Part shown: piece after piece, positions 23,240 to 34,700 of the stretch
How the letters are laid out: the number at the start of each line of letters is the position of its first letter
How positions within the stretch are numbered: position 1 is the stretch's first letter
NCBI GenBank assembly: GCA_028534125.1
Contig: CM052817.1
Coordinates: 10,356,001 to 10,420,000 of the forward strand
Length of the DNA stretch: 64,000 nucleotides
Direction of reading: 5' to 3'
DNA from: Lama glama
Taxonomy: Eukaryota
Notes under the pieces: generated by a model
Databases searched by the model: none
Seen by the model: the letters and a program-made list of their open reading frames with translations, nothing else
What the model was told of the DNA's origin: nothing
Position numbers and translations under genes: made by a program

Positions 23240-23470
23240 ATGATACAGAAGGGTGCAGACTTTAGAGCCAGATTCCTCTGGATTCAAACCCCCAAGTCTA
23301 CCGTTTACCAGCTGTGTGTTCTTGGCCAAGAATTTCAGCCTCTCTGAATCTTAGTTTCTTCACCTTTAAAATGCAGATAATGATCCTTATATGTGGAGGT
23401 TTGAAACAATATACGTAACTCCTTAATGCAATGCCTGGACCGAGGTCAGTGCTCAAAAGATGGAAATTGG
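23240..23470 (+). mobile_element. MIR SINE relic
   Basis: gactttagagccaga...ggattcaaaccc...accagctgtgtgttcttggccaag...ctctctgaatcttagtttcttcacctttaaaatg. Confidence 0.75.
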
Positions 23471-24559
23471 GATTATGATAAATACTGGTTGCACCAGTGG
23501 CCCAACCCCACTGAGCCAGCAGATCAGTGCGTGAAGTGACTGGCTGGCTCGTCTGAGAAGTAAATCACTTGGTCTCTCTGAGACTTAGGGGGCCACTAGG
23601 TATAACGTTTGAAGGATGGTAATCAGCTCAGTGGTACTTGGCCTTTTAGTAGCTAATGTCTCTGATGATAGTCCATTTGCAGAATTCAGTGACAAATACA
23701 AATCCACAAACCGTAGTTCTTTTTCTTTTCTTTCCCCTCCCCCTTTTTTTCTCTGGCTAAATCCGAGTTAGAAAGAGGATGGGGGATGATTCAGAAGCAA
23801 ACCCTTATCTAAGGGGGAAGGGGTCTCTCCTAATCAAGACACAGATCATCAAAAGATTTTAATTTAAAACAATAGAAAAATATAACATACAGAATCTAAA
23901 AGGAAAACAAAACAAAACAAGCAGATAATCCCATGTAGAAACAGATAAGAATGAGTAACAGGCATCCACATGAGTAAAACCCACTCTGCCTCAGAGGATG
24001 AAAAACAAGGGAGGAAATGCTTTCCCTCAGAAGCTGTGCAATTCCAAAACATCAGATTATGACTTGAGTTTATTTCCTGATAGGATTAAAGGTAGATTGA
24101 TTGTCAAATTCAAAACGTCCTCTTTTTTATCTGAAGATTCAACCAGGGGAGCCTTTGCCTTTTCTCAATTGTTCTGCAAATTGATTGCCTGGGGAAGTTA
24201 TCACATCCGGCCCTGAAGACAGGCAGCTCGCTCCAAGTTCTGGGAGAGGAGAGTGTGCAGCAGCCGTCACTCGGGTCTTGGAGGGACCATCCTCTTCCAA
24301 AGCAAGAGTCACGCATGCGCATTTCAGCACCTATGCCTTGCTCTCAATTTTAAGGCTGCCAGGAAGAGCGTGTGTGCAGGACCACTGAGGACGCTGGCTG
24401 CTCTTCTGACCTACCCTCAGGAGAGAAGCGCTGGGCTATTTTCCTGAGCTGCAGAGCAAGCTCACGGTTTCTGATGCACCAGTCAGGCCTCTGATGTTCA
24501 TTCTCTTTCCTTCCCACCCACGGACTTGATTTCTCTGCGGTGCTGTTTGGTGCCAGTGC

Positions 24560-25400
24560 CCCTTCGACGTGCTCCTATTGTCTTCTTGCCCTTAGACCCC
24601 ACCCTTCCTCCCAGCTCTGTGTTGCATGGGACAGACCTCTTGAGCACTATTTCCCAGTTATTTTGGCCAAGTGGCTTTGGGTGAGGCTGGGCCAGTTGGA
24701 GGCACCAGGGGAGACTGGAGGAAGGTGGGTTATTTTGCTAGGGGTGCCATAGCAAAGTGCCACCAACTGGGTGGCAGAAAACAACAAGAAACTTACTCTT
24801 GCTCAGTTCTGGAGACTAGAAACCTGAACTCAAGGTGTTGGCAGGGTCGCCCTCCTTCCGAACGCTCTAGGGAAAACTGCCTCCTTGCCTCTGCCAACTT
24901 CTGTTGGCTCTGGCTGTCTTTGCTGTTCTTTGGTTTGTGTCTGAATCACACGAACCTCTGCTTCCATTTCCACATGGTCTTTTCCTCTGGGTCTCTGAGT
25001 CCTCTCCGCTTCTTACAAGGACCTCAGTCATTGGATTTCCAAATAAGGTCACATCCTGAGGTTCCAGGTGAACATGGATACTTGAAGGACATTATTCATC
25101 TTACTACAAGAGTAGAGAAAGAAGTAAGGGTATTTCTCGTCCTCTCTGTGGTTCCGATGGCCTCTCCAACAGCTGTCACCAAGGTCCACTATGGTCCCAA
25201 GTCCTGCCAGGTAGCCTGATAGTAACACCCCCTGCCATTCTCCCCAGAAGTGGCGGTTGCTAATCTTAGGGCTGCCTCATCTTCCCCCGGTGGCTTTTTA
25301 GCTCCAACTCTTTTATAAATAATTTGCCATATTAAATTTCCTCTATTAAATTACCTGGTGTGGGTTTTGTTTTCCTGGATGGATTCTGATTGGCATTCAT
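24560..25400 (+). mobile_element. ERVL-type LTR relic (LTR16/LTR33-like) interrupted by an MLT1 LTR
   Basis: Two halves (gcactatttcccagttattttggcc...ggggagactggagg and gagaaagaagtaagggtatttctc...gggttttgttttcctggatgg) flank the MLT1 at 24726-25108. Confidence 0.55.
24726..25108 (-). mobile_element. MaLR (MLT1B/C-like) solo LTR
   Basis: ctaggggtgccatagcaaagtgccaccaactgggtggcagaaaacaacaagaaac...cagttctggagactagaa...caaggtgttggcaggg. Confidence 0.8.
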
Positions 25401-26199
25401 GGTTTGTAAAACATTAGGCAATATCTAAAAGGTGTGTGTGTGGGCATCGTATGTAGGCGTTAAGCATGCAAATTTGACTTGGGTTCAAATTCCAGCTACT
25501 TCATAACTAGGTGACCTTGAGTGATTGATTACTCAAGCCCTTCATGTCTCGGTTTCTCCATCAGAAAAGTTAGGATAACAGTACCTAACTAGGTTGTTAG
25601 GAGAAACAAGAAAAGCCACTGAAAGTATGTACTAGGTTTTAACATACGGAAAGTGCTCTATGCATGTTTATTATGATGGGCGTATAACCAAGAGGGGTAG
25701 GGGTGTGGGGCTTCATAGAAGACATTCTGAAACTTGTCAGGACACACCTTTTAAAATTTTACGGATGGTGCCTGCCCAAAGTGTATACACATATACATTC
25801 ACACAGCTTAATAGTTAGATTTTGGTGATATAATGGATGTTTAAAATGTTTAGTCAACATTTATTTCCTGTAAACAAGTTGTTTCGACTACTGATCCATT
25901 GCCACAAGGACCCTATTCATGTTTTCTGCCAGCATCTCAAATTCTAGGCCATAGTAGCTGGAATGTTTCTAAAGGAGAAAGGAAATGTCTGCCTGGAAAT
26001 ACCCCACAATCTCTAACAAATTCCTAAGGACTGCTGTCTGTTACCCAGAGGGTTACGAGCAAATTTCAGGTAATTAAAAAAAATTCTAATTGACCACTTG
26101 TAGTGCTCACAGGTGAGTCGGGCACTGAAAGCGAAGGCCAATGGCCCAGAATTACCCTAACTGGCCTCTGTCAGACAGTGTCTCTCTGTTGTCTGCCAC

Positions 26200-26555
26200 T
26201 GGATCAGTTAGGGTTCTCTAGACAATAGAACCAACAGGATGGATGGATGGATGTAGGCGGGTAGGTATTTTAAGGAACTGGCTCTCGTAATTAGTGGTTA
26301 GCAAGTCTGAAATCCATAGTGTTTCTATAGGCTGGAAATCAGGCAGGAGTTAATGCTTCAGTCTTGAGCCAAAACTCCCTCTTCTCCAGGAAACCTCAGT
26401 TTTGCTCTTAAGACCTTCAACTGATTGGATGAGGCTCACCCAACAGTAATCTATTTCACTTAAAGTCAACTTTGGGGTAGAGGATAACCACATCTCCAAA
26501 ATACCTCCACAGCCAAGCCTGGATCGGCCTTTGATTAAGTAGCTGGTACTATGGC
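26200..26555 (-). mobile_element. ERVL MLT2-like LTR relic
   Basis: tcagttagggttctctagacaatagaaccaacagga...taaggaactggctc...gattggatgaggctcaccca...acttaaagtcaact. Confidence 0.75.
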
Positions 26556-26954
26556 TGCTGTGAACTGCAGTGTGGCCACTCCCTCCCCAATTCCTATGGT
26601 GGAGCCCTAACCCCCAGTGAGACTGTATTTGGAGACAGAGCTTCAGGAGGTAATTAAGGCTAAATGCAAGCATAACGGTGGGGTCCTAATCTGATAGACT
26701 GGTGGTCTTTAAGAGGAGGAGGAGTCATCAGAGACCCCTCTCTCTGCGTGTGCACGCACTCAGGAGAGGCCGTGTAAGAGCACAGCGAGGGGCCAGCCAT
26801 CTGCAAGTAGGCAAGAGGCCCGCACTGGACAGCAAGCCCTGCGGGACCTTGATCTTGGTCTTCCCGCCTCCAGAACTGTTAGAAAATAGATTTCTGTTGT
26901 TTAAACCGCCCAGTGCACGTTGTTTTGTTAAGGCAGCCTGGGCCGACCAGGACA
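26556..26954 (+). mobile_element. MaLR (MLT1A-like) solo LTR with near-intact 5-bp TSD
   Basis: TG...CA ends; ccctaacccccagtgagactgtatttggagacag and aaatagatttctgttgtttaaaccgcccagt; flanks ATGGC (26551-26555) and ACGGC (26955-26959). Confidence 0.85.
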
Positions 26955-28470
26955 ACGGCCTCTGTCGGTGGACGTAGAGAGCTACACAGCACCCCCACCA
27001 GGCTGTGAAGACTGAGACCTGGGCTGGGTCGAATTGTTTTATTTTTTCAAAATATTCCCCAGTGCCAAGCAATGTGTCTAATATTTGTGGATTAAATGAC
27101 TCCTTGAATCTGTGAATGTGATCAAATGAAAACCAAAAACCAACAGGTGATCAGACCTCAGAAAATGGGTCAGATCTGGACTCCTCAAGGCCTCAGTTTT
27201 TGCCCCACAGAACAGCTGAGCGATGCCACTGATGTGGGCAAAGCATCCATGCAAGCCGAGCCATCCACAAGCACCACTACGCTGAACACGGGACTTTGGT
27301 GTGGTGGGCATGCTGGGGTTCCTTCAGCCACGTTTCCCCAGCAGGAGGAGGAGAGCCTCATCGACATTTTGATGTTTGGTGACACAAACGTGCCAAATAT
27401 TCCCCAAGGCAAACACGGGCTGCTCAGTGTCCAAGCAGTGGAGACGCCCCCCAAGCCTACGAGAGCTGATCACAGAGCTGGGAGCGTTTACACTGGTCCC
27501 CGCTGTTTCTCACTGGAAACAGGTAGTTTTTGTAACATGTTGGTAATTTTTCCCCAGGAACTAAGAAACGGTGTAGTTGCCCGGAGGTAATGTTTAAGCA
27601 CTAGCATTTATGAATGGGGCCTTACAATCTCAGTATTGCGAGGAAGGGAATTTGGATGTGGTTCTTGGGAGTTGTCAGTGGCAGTTGCCAAGGAACATGG
27701 CTGTCTTGTTGGTGCAGTTAGAGTCCCTCCTGAACATTGCCTGCGTGCTGCCGCCTTCCTCCTGTGCTGGTGTAAACACCCACAAGGCTATAAAAGACAG
27801 CATTTTGTTCTGGGGTTTGGGGCAGCATCCCTCTGGCCGCTGTCTGGGAGGATTTCTGGGCTACAGGGAGTGTGAGGATATAGACGGCTCCCTCTCGGCT
27901 CTGGGCACCCCGAGCGCGGCTGCCTTTGGAGTGCCTGCCTGCCTGCCTGCCTGCCGTCCTGGGAGCATCTGCCAAGCGACGGCCCTGCCGCTCCTCTCGG
28001 ACACACAGGGAACGAGTGACTTCTCAGTAATGGAGTTCTCAGCTGCCTGCCTGCTCCCCAGCCCCCTCCATCACCTGGGGAGCCTTACATCAGCAGCCAC
28101 TTCCCCTCCCAGGAATCGAAGTGAGATTGGTGGAAAGCGGGATTCATGTTGACACGGCGATGCTGTATGAACACGGAATTGGCGGAGGCTGGAGTTCATT
28201 CATTCACTCACTCAGTCATTCAACACATATTTATTGAATATACACTATGTGCCCTGTGTTTGTTCTAAGTGTTGGGGATGCTGTAAATAAAATAAAGGAA
28301 ATCACTCCTCTTACAGAGCTACATTCTAGTGAAGGAGATAGATATATTTCAAAAGCACAAGATACATGTTAGTGATGACTACCAAGGGGAAAAAAGGGAG
28401 CAGGGAAAGGCTACGTGAAATGTTGGGGTTGGGAGGGCGCTGAAAATGTGGGTGCTTTGGCTGCAGTCAC

Positions 28471-28963
28471 TGTGTTGGAAGAATCATGGCTCTGCAGACA
28501 TGTCCATGCCCTGATCCCTTGAATGTGTGAGTATGTCAGCTTACATGGCGAAGGGAATTAAAGTTGCTAATCAGCCGACCTTGAGATGGAGAGATTAGTC
28601 TGGATTATCCAGGAGGGTCCAATTGAATTACAAGGGTATTAAAAAGTGGAAGAGGGAGTCAGAAAGGAGAGTCAGAAAGATGGCAGCATGAGAGGAACTT
28701 GGCCTGACCTTGAGGGCTTTGAAGATGGGAGGGGGTCCTGAGCCAGGGAATGTGGTGGCCACTAAGAAGTTGGAAAAAGCAAGGAAACCCATTCTCCTCT
28801 AAAGCCCCTCTCTAGAAAGGAACACAGCCCTGACAACACCTTGATTTTAGCACAGCGATAAACATATTAAGACTTCTGATCTACTGGAAGGTAATACATT
28901 TGTGGCATTTTAAGACACTAAATTGGTGGTGATTTGTTTTAGCAGCAATAGAAAACTAATACA
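28471..28963 (+). mobile_element. MaLR (MLT1D-like) solo LTR with perfect 5-bp TSD
   Basis: TG...CA ends; gaccttgagatggagagattagtctggattatcc and atttgttttagcagcaatagaaaactaataca; GTCAC on both flanks (28466-28470, 28964-28968). Confidence 0.9.
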
Positions 28964-28998
28964 GTCACCCAAAGTGATATTTGAGTAAAGCCCTCTGG

Positions 28999-29156
28999 TA
29001 AGGTTACCATATTTAGCAAATAAAAATACAGGATGCCCAGGTACATTAGCATTTCAGAGAATAAATTATAATTTATTACAGTAATAAATAAATACAATAA
29101 CTTATCCATTAGTTATTTGATATTTAAATTTAACTGTATTTTATCCAGCAATCCTA
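28999..29156. mobile_element. MER53-like hAT MITE relic
   Basis: aaggttaccatatttagcaaataaaaatacaggatgcccag ... aaatttaactgtattttatccagcaatcct. Confidence 0.75.
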
Positions 29157-31419
29157 ATCTCAGAAGAAGTTAGGAAGTGGGATATTTGGGAGGAAAACGT
29201 TCTGGGCAGAGGGAACAGCAAGGGCAAAGCCCTAGGGGCTTTGAGGAGCGTGTAGGAGAGGAGCCTGGCTGGAGTGGAGACAATGAGGAGACCAGCGGGA
29301 AAGGATGAGTTCAGAGAGGTAGTGAGGAGATGGATCATGCTGGCCTTTGGTTTGAGTGGGATGGGAAGACACTGGAGGGTGCAGGGTAGAGGAGTAATGA
29401 CTTTTGGGGTCTCCTAAGGATGAAGAGATGCTGATTTGTGCAACTCGGTGACAAGGTCTAATCTATTTTTTCACTGCCTGGACCTGGTGCAGAGGTGAGG
29501 ATTCAGGCACAAAGCGCTGGGAGGGCAGCAGGCCTGCTGGACAGAGCTCACTGCCGCGCTTCTGTCGTCAAAACCGGAAAGGTGCGGGGAGATGTGTGCT
29601 GGAAGATGAGAGGATTTTAAGAGAAAAAAGGAGTTCATGAAGCGAAACCTGCAGGCTGCAAGGTGATCTATAAATGACAGGGGAAAGGACAGTTGCCTGG
29701 GGACCTCACAAAGGTAATGACATTATGTACAAAGCCAAATTTCCTTCTGGAACTCAAGTGTCTGGGAACTCGGGGAAGAGCGTGTCCTGTCTACTGTCTC
29801 CTCCAGTTTATTCAGAGCAGCAGAGTCTTGACCAAGACCCAAGGATCCATCATATGTCAACTCTTCAAACACATTACAAAGTTTCCTCGAAAAGTTGCAG
29901 GAGGGAAGAAAACCATGATTATAAAACTCTATTAGCAGCCTGGTAATGAATCCTTCACCACTTCCAAATATGACAAGCATTCGGAATTGCCTGGGCTCAG
30001 TGCCTTTTGTGGATTTTCTCACCCTCCCAGCACTGTTAACCATACAGGTACACAGAGGAGGAAAGGGAGACCAGAGAGAGTGCTTAACAGGTCCAAGGTC
30101 ACACAGCTATGGGGGCCTCCTTAGCATCTCAGCCACCTTGAACTTAGCCCCCAGATCAGGTCTGCTACTTCCTTCTAGTTTTTATGCCCATGCATGTGAA
30201 CACAGCTTTGTCACCTTGCCTTATCATGAACTAAATATAAGTCAGCTTCCCTAGTGAAATCGGGGTCCTGTGTCAAGGAGAGTTGTCCACCTTTATATCA
30301 TCAGAATTTGGCACATAGTAGGCAAGAAGAAAAACAAGTTAATGCTGAATGAATGAATGAGTAAATGAAATACTGTCTCCGAGTCTCAAACGCAGACATT
30401 ACAGTGTAAAGAAACAGGCGAGGCCAGGCCACAGGGAGGGCAGGGCCCTGTTGCTCCTTTATCCTCAGCAAAATCAAGTTAGGCACCGAGGGTCCTGCCA
30501 CTTTGCTGCTTTTTCTCTGGAGTTACAGGAAAATGTAAATATACATCACTTCTAATTTCATTCTGCTTATTTTCCCACAGAGAGTATTAAAAGTCTCCAG
30601 AGAATCACAGATTATGATTCTTTTCTGTGTGCTTTTCTTCATCTATCTACAGTTACTCACATTGGAAGCTTCCCTTCCTTATCTTCCTCCATGTATTTAT
30701 CTCACGGTTTTCCTTCTGTTTTCTGTACTTTGAGAGCATCGCTGGTCCTTGGGCCCTTGACAGAAGATCTGTGTATAGTGACTGAAGACCTGCTCTTGTT
30801 CTAAGCCATGAAACTGATCAATATACTGGGCTTCAGCCGCCACCCTTTTTTGGTGTGTATGTGTGTGTATATAAGGGAGTTTCGGGTTGAGATTCGCCTG
30901 ACCTTATCCTCTCTGACACTGAATCACTAGATGTGAGGAAGAATGGGTTCCTGGGGCCCTCTGAGAAGTGTGAGGAGCCCGGGAGGGGTGCATCTTCATT
31001 GGAGGTGGCAGATCCAAAAGGCAGAACTAGCCTGGGGGCCTTCTAGCAAAGATAGGCAAGAAAACACAACCGTAAGTTCACTCCAGGCAACTAAATTCAG
31101 GTGGAGTCTGAGAGTCTCAAATTATTTATAAGCCACCAAACAAACTCCTAAAATCATAGAATTTTGATATCTAAACTACTTTTCGACATCTTTACAGCAA
31201 TGGGGCCTCGGGATGTAAGGGACTGCCTGGTCTCACACCGCTGAGCTGAGGTCTTCTCTCTCCTCACTCAGGGGCTGTTGTTTCTACCACATTGTGACAC
31301 TTGGTAAGGTGTCCTCCTTCCCAAATGGGACATCTGCTCTCAGTTGGGTCTTGGTCCTCTTAGCTGGCTCTCGGAAAATTTTCACAGCCTGTGACCCTCC
31401 CGTGGCATTCAGTACTTTC

Positions 31420-31785
31420 TGTTTTGTTGAGTGATGTGAGGTAAGAAGGACTTGAACTGCATTGCTGGCTTTGAAGATAAAGAAAGGGGCCACAAAACAT
31501 AAAATATAACCCTCCTCCAGAGGCTGGGAAAGGCAAGGACACTGATTCTCCCCTAGAACCTCCAGAAGCAATGGGCTCTGCTACACCTTGACCTTAGTCT
31601 GGTGAGACTGGTGTGGACTTCTGAGCCCCAGAATGACACACGCAAAGGGAAGAGCATGTGAGGACACAGGGGGAAAACAGATATCTCCGCACTGAGGGGC
31701 GAGGCCTCCAATGGAACCAACCCTGCTGACACCTTGATCTTGAACTTCTTGCCTCCAGAAAGTCAATTTCTGTTGAGTAAGCTAA
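31420..31785 (+). mobile_element. MaLR (MLT1) LTR fragments
   Basis: gctggctttgaagat, gattctcccctagaacctccaga, ccctgctgacaccttgatcttgaacttc. Confidence 0.7.
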
Positions 31786-34700
31786 AAAAAAAAATTGCAA
31801 TCTATATGGGCAAATCTCAGTTTGGCCATTGATAGAAGGTAAGTTCCCAAGGGCACACTGCAGCTGGGGTCCAGCTGTCTGTCCCTCATGACCTGAGGTG
31901 GAACGTAGTGCCCCAAGTCCCAAAGAAGAGCCAGTTCATTCCTGGCTTCAAACACACAATTCCTTTGATATAACATAGATGAAATGAGGGTCATCATATA
32001 CCTCCATTCTTCTGGAATTTTTTGCATCATAAAAGCTTGTCTTGAAGGTCTAGAGAAACTTCCTAAAATTGTAAGTTCCCACTTATCCTCAAGGATATGC
32101 TCTTGAAATCTTTTCTTGAATTGTATTCGCTGGAGCCAACACAACAAATCCTAAAAATGCCATCTACTATTCTGGGGGGTTGGCACACAACTAGTTGCTC
32201 TGTTACCTTTTCTAAACTTCACAAGAGCCCAACAGCCCAACAGCTCTAGGACCTAAGTATGATCCTCATTTTACAGATGAGTGAGAGAGATTTAAGTAAC
32301 TCACCATCCATAAGTCAACTCATTTTATCTTCACAAAGACGTTATGGATTAGGACTAGTAATTTTCATTTTCAGAGACAACTGCCAGAGTTTTAGAGGCC
32401 TTTGGTGCTTTGCCCCTGTTTCATAGCTAGAAAGTCCTAGAACCAGGTTTGAGCAGAACTCCTTTTAAGCCTATACCCAGAGAAGATCTCAGCAAACAGC
32501 AGGTGCTCAGTAAACAGCGATTTAAGCAATGGGTTCTTCCAAAGTTTACATTGTCCCCACTACCCTCTGCTATTGCAAAGCTCTCTTTTCCTTTGGCTCA
32601 TAGTTTTGAAATCGAGGCTGATGAAAAAGCATCCTGCCAAGTGCTCTTTCCCGGGGCCAGTGCTGGGCCTCCCAGTTCCTCTGTTACCTCCCTGTAACCC
32701 TTGGCTCCCAACGGTATCTTTCGGAAGCAGCCAAGGAAATGACAACTTCCCAGCACTCTGCCTGTCTTCACTACCTCATGTGAAGTTGTAGAACGACATT
32801 TCCTTCCTCTTAATATCTCCAAAAGGCAAACAACACGTTATTCAGGAGTTCTGCGTCAAATCCTGACACCTGATGCGTCCGATAGGCAAGCCGTCCACTT
32901 TTTCTATTTGTGCAGCTGAGAGAACCGATCGCTCCTACTGCTCTTGATTCCTTTCATGAAACGCATCCCCTGTCGCTCTTCACCTGTGTCCCTGGCAGCT
33001 CCCTCAGGTTCACGTGGCTTCTCAAACACTATTTGTCTTGTTCAAGTCCTTTGGGGTCCAAAATAAATCACCATGGTGTCACCCATTCTGCCGCGTGCCA
33101 CGCTGGCACGGCGGAGTGGACAGACAGACATATTCAAACCAGGCATGTGGTTTAGGAAAACTTATTACTGGCATTGTTTTCATTTAGGAAGCCTCTGTCC
33201 AAAAGCACCCCAAAGGGATGCAGTTTTACGTCATGGAGGAAATATGCCAACTGATTGTTTTTCCACGAACACTTTGCAGTTCCAACTGATGAAGGAAAGC
33301 AGAATCGGACCTAAAGTGAGTGCAGCACAGTTTTCATTTAGAAATCAAAGGTTCTAAAAAAAAAAAAAAAGGAGGCTGTTTCTAAGATTTCATTTTAGCT
33401 TAGCACAATCCGCTTGTGCACTAAAAATAATAAACAAGTTCCTCCCTTTTTATCCTCCTCTCCCCACTGTCCCTTTGAATTTTTTTTTTAACTTTCAGTA
33501 TGCCCAAAATAAGGTTTTTCAGGAGCATAACAAATTACAGATTTCAGGCATCATAATATTTTTTCCAGGTACACACACACACACACTTTCATATTTCTAT
33601 ACCATGGCTAAAGCACAAATGCAGTGTTTTTCACAGAACTGATGTTATTTTTAGACTAAATTGTGGGAACTCTGCAGCTTTAATAAATGGGCGAGAAGCA
33701 CAGAACCACAGCACGTGGTAACACACCAACGCAAAAGCTAGCTTGGCCTTTAGCCAATGCACTGTGCTTCAATGTTGCAGCAATGGAAGTAAGAACACCA
33801 CTTACAAAAGAATGATTAATAAGCTGACAAACTTCCAGGCATTTATTTCCTATTCTTTAGTGCCAGCTGTATTAATACTAGCATATTTTCAACTTTATTA
33901 GCAATAAAGTCTCGCAGCCTGGGACGCTTTGGTGTGTTCATGGAGGGCTTCTTAAATCTGTGGCAAATTATTTGGAGAGGTGAATGTTTGATCATCATTG
34001 GTTTTTCTCTGTCACCCTAATAGACCATGTCGGTTTATGTGTCTCCACGACAGCTGGCATTGAATCACCATTACGTTTTCCCAAACTCAACACTGGGAGA
34101 AATCTTTCCTGACGGAGGGACTAGCATCTGGTGGTAACTGACCCATGCCAGTTAGTGTGACTTCCTGGGCCATGCTTGTTTCAGGGAAGTTCTGTCCCTC
34201 CCCGGGGCATCTGCTCCCTCTGTGGGTCACTGATATTCTCCGAAGGTCAACCACTTCCTAGGGAGGGAGTTGGTCACTTGTCTCCATTCCTGCCTCTGGG
34301 ATAAAGTGATGATGTTAGTCATCTGGGAAGAGGGTGTAAAGTGAAGAATTATGGGATGGAACTACACTGATCAACTTGTTCACCTGGGACAGCCCCAGAT
34401 TTTAAAACCAGAAGCCCCACATCACAGGAAAGTGCTCAGTTGGTTGCTCCTGATGGAAGAGACACCAAGTTGAGTGGTGGAAGCCAGGAAGGAGCCTGGG
34501 CTGCAGAGTCAGACCCAGGTTCAAACCTCATCTGGGACCGATCAGCTACGTGACCATGGTGAGGCTTTAATCTCCTCAAGCCTCAGTGTTATCAAAACAG
34601 GGTGAAATGCCGAGTCTTAGGTCATAATGAGGTTTAAATAAGATAAGACATTTAAGTTGTAGAACACAGTCCCCTGCTCCATCCCCACCACCACACTCAT

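Larger units (their letters stand above)
28195..29400 (-). mobile_element. LINE-2 relic interrupted by an MLT1 LTR and MER53
   Basis: cattcattcactcactcagtcattcaacacatatttattgaat (L2 3' tail), continuing as purine-rich L2-like sequence beyond the insertions. Confidence 0.7.

Noticed and set aside
24671..25219. 182-aa plus-strand ORF
   Set aside because: Lies across MLT1/ERVL LTR relics and has no recognisable protein features.
27126..28152. 154-aa and 180-aa plus-strand ORFs in GC-richer intron sequence
   Set aside because: No recognisable homology, splice context or promoter; includes (GCCT)n low-complexity sequence; consistent with chance ORFs.
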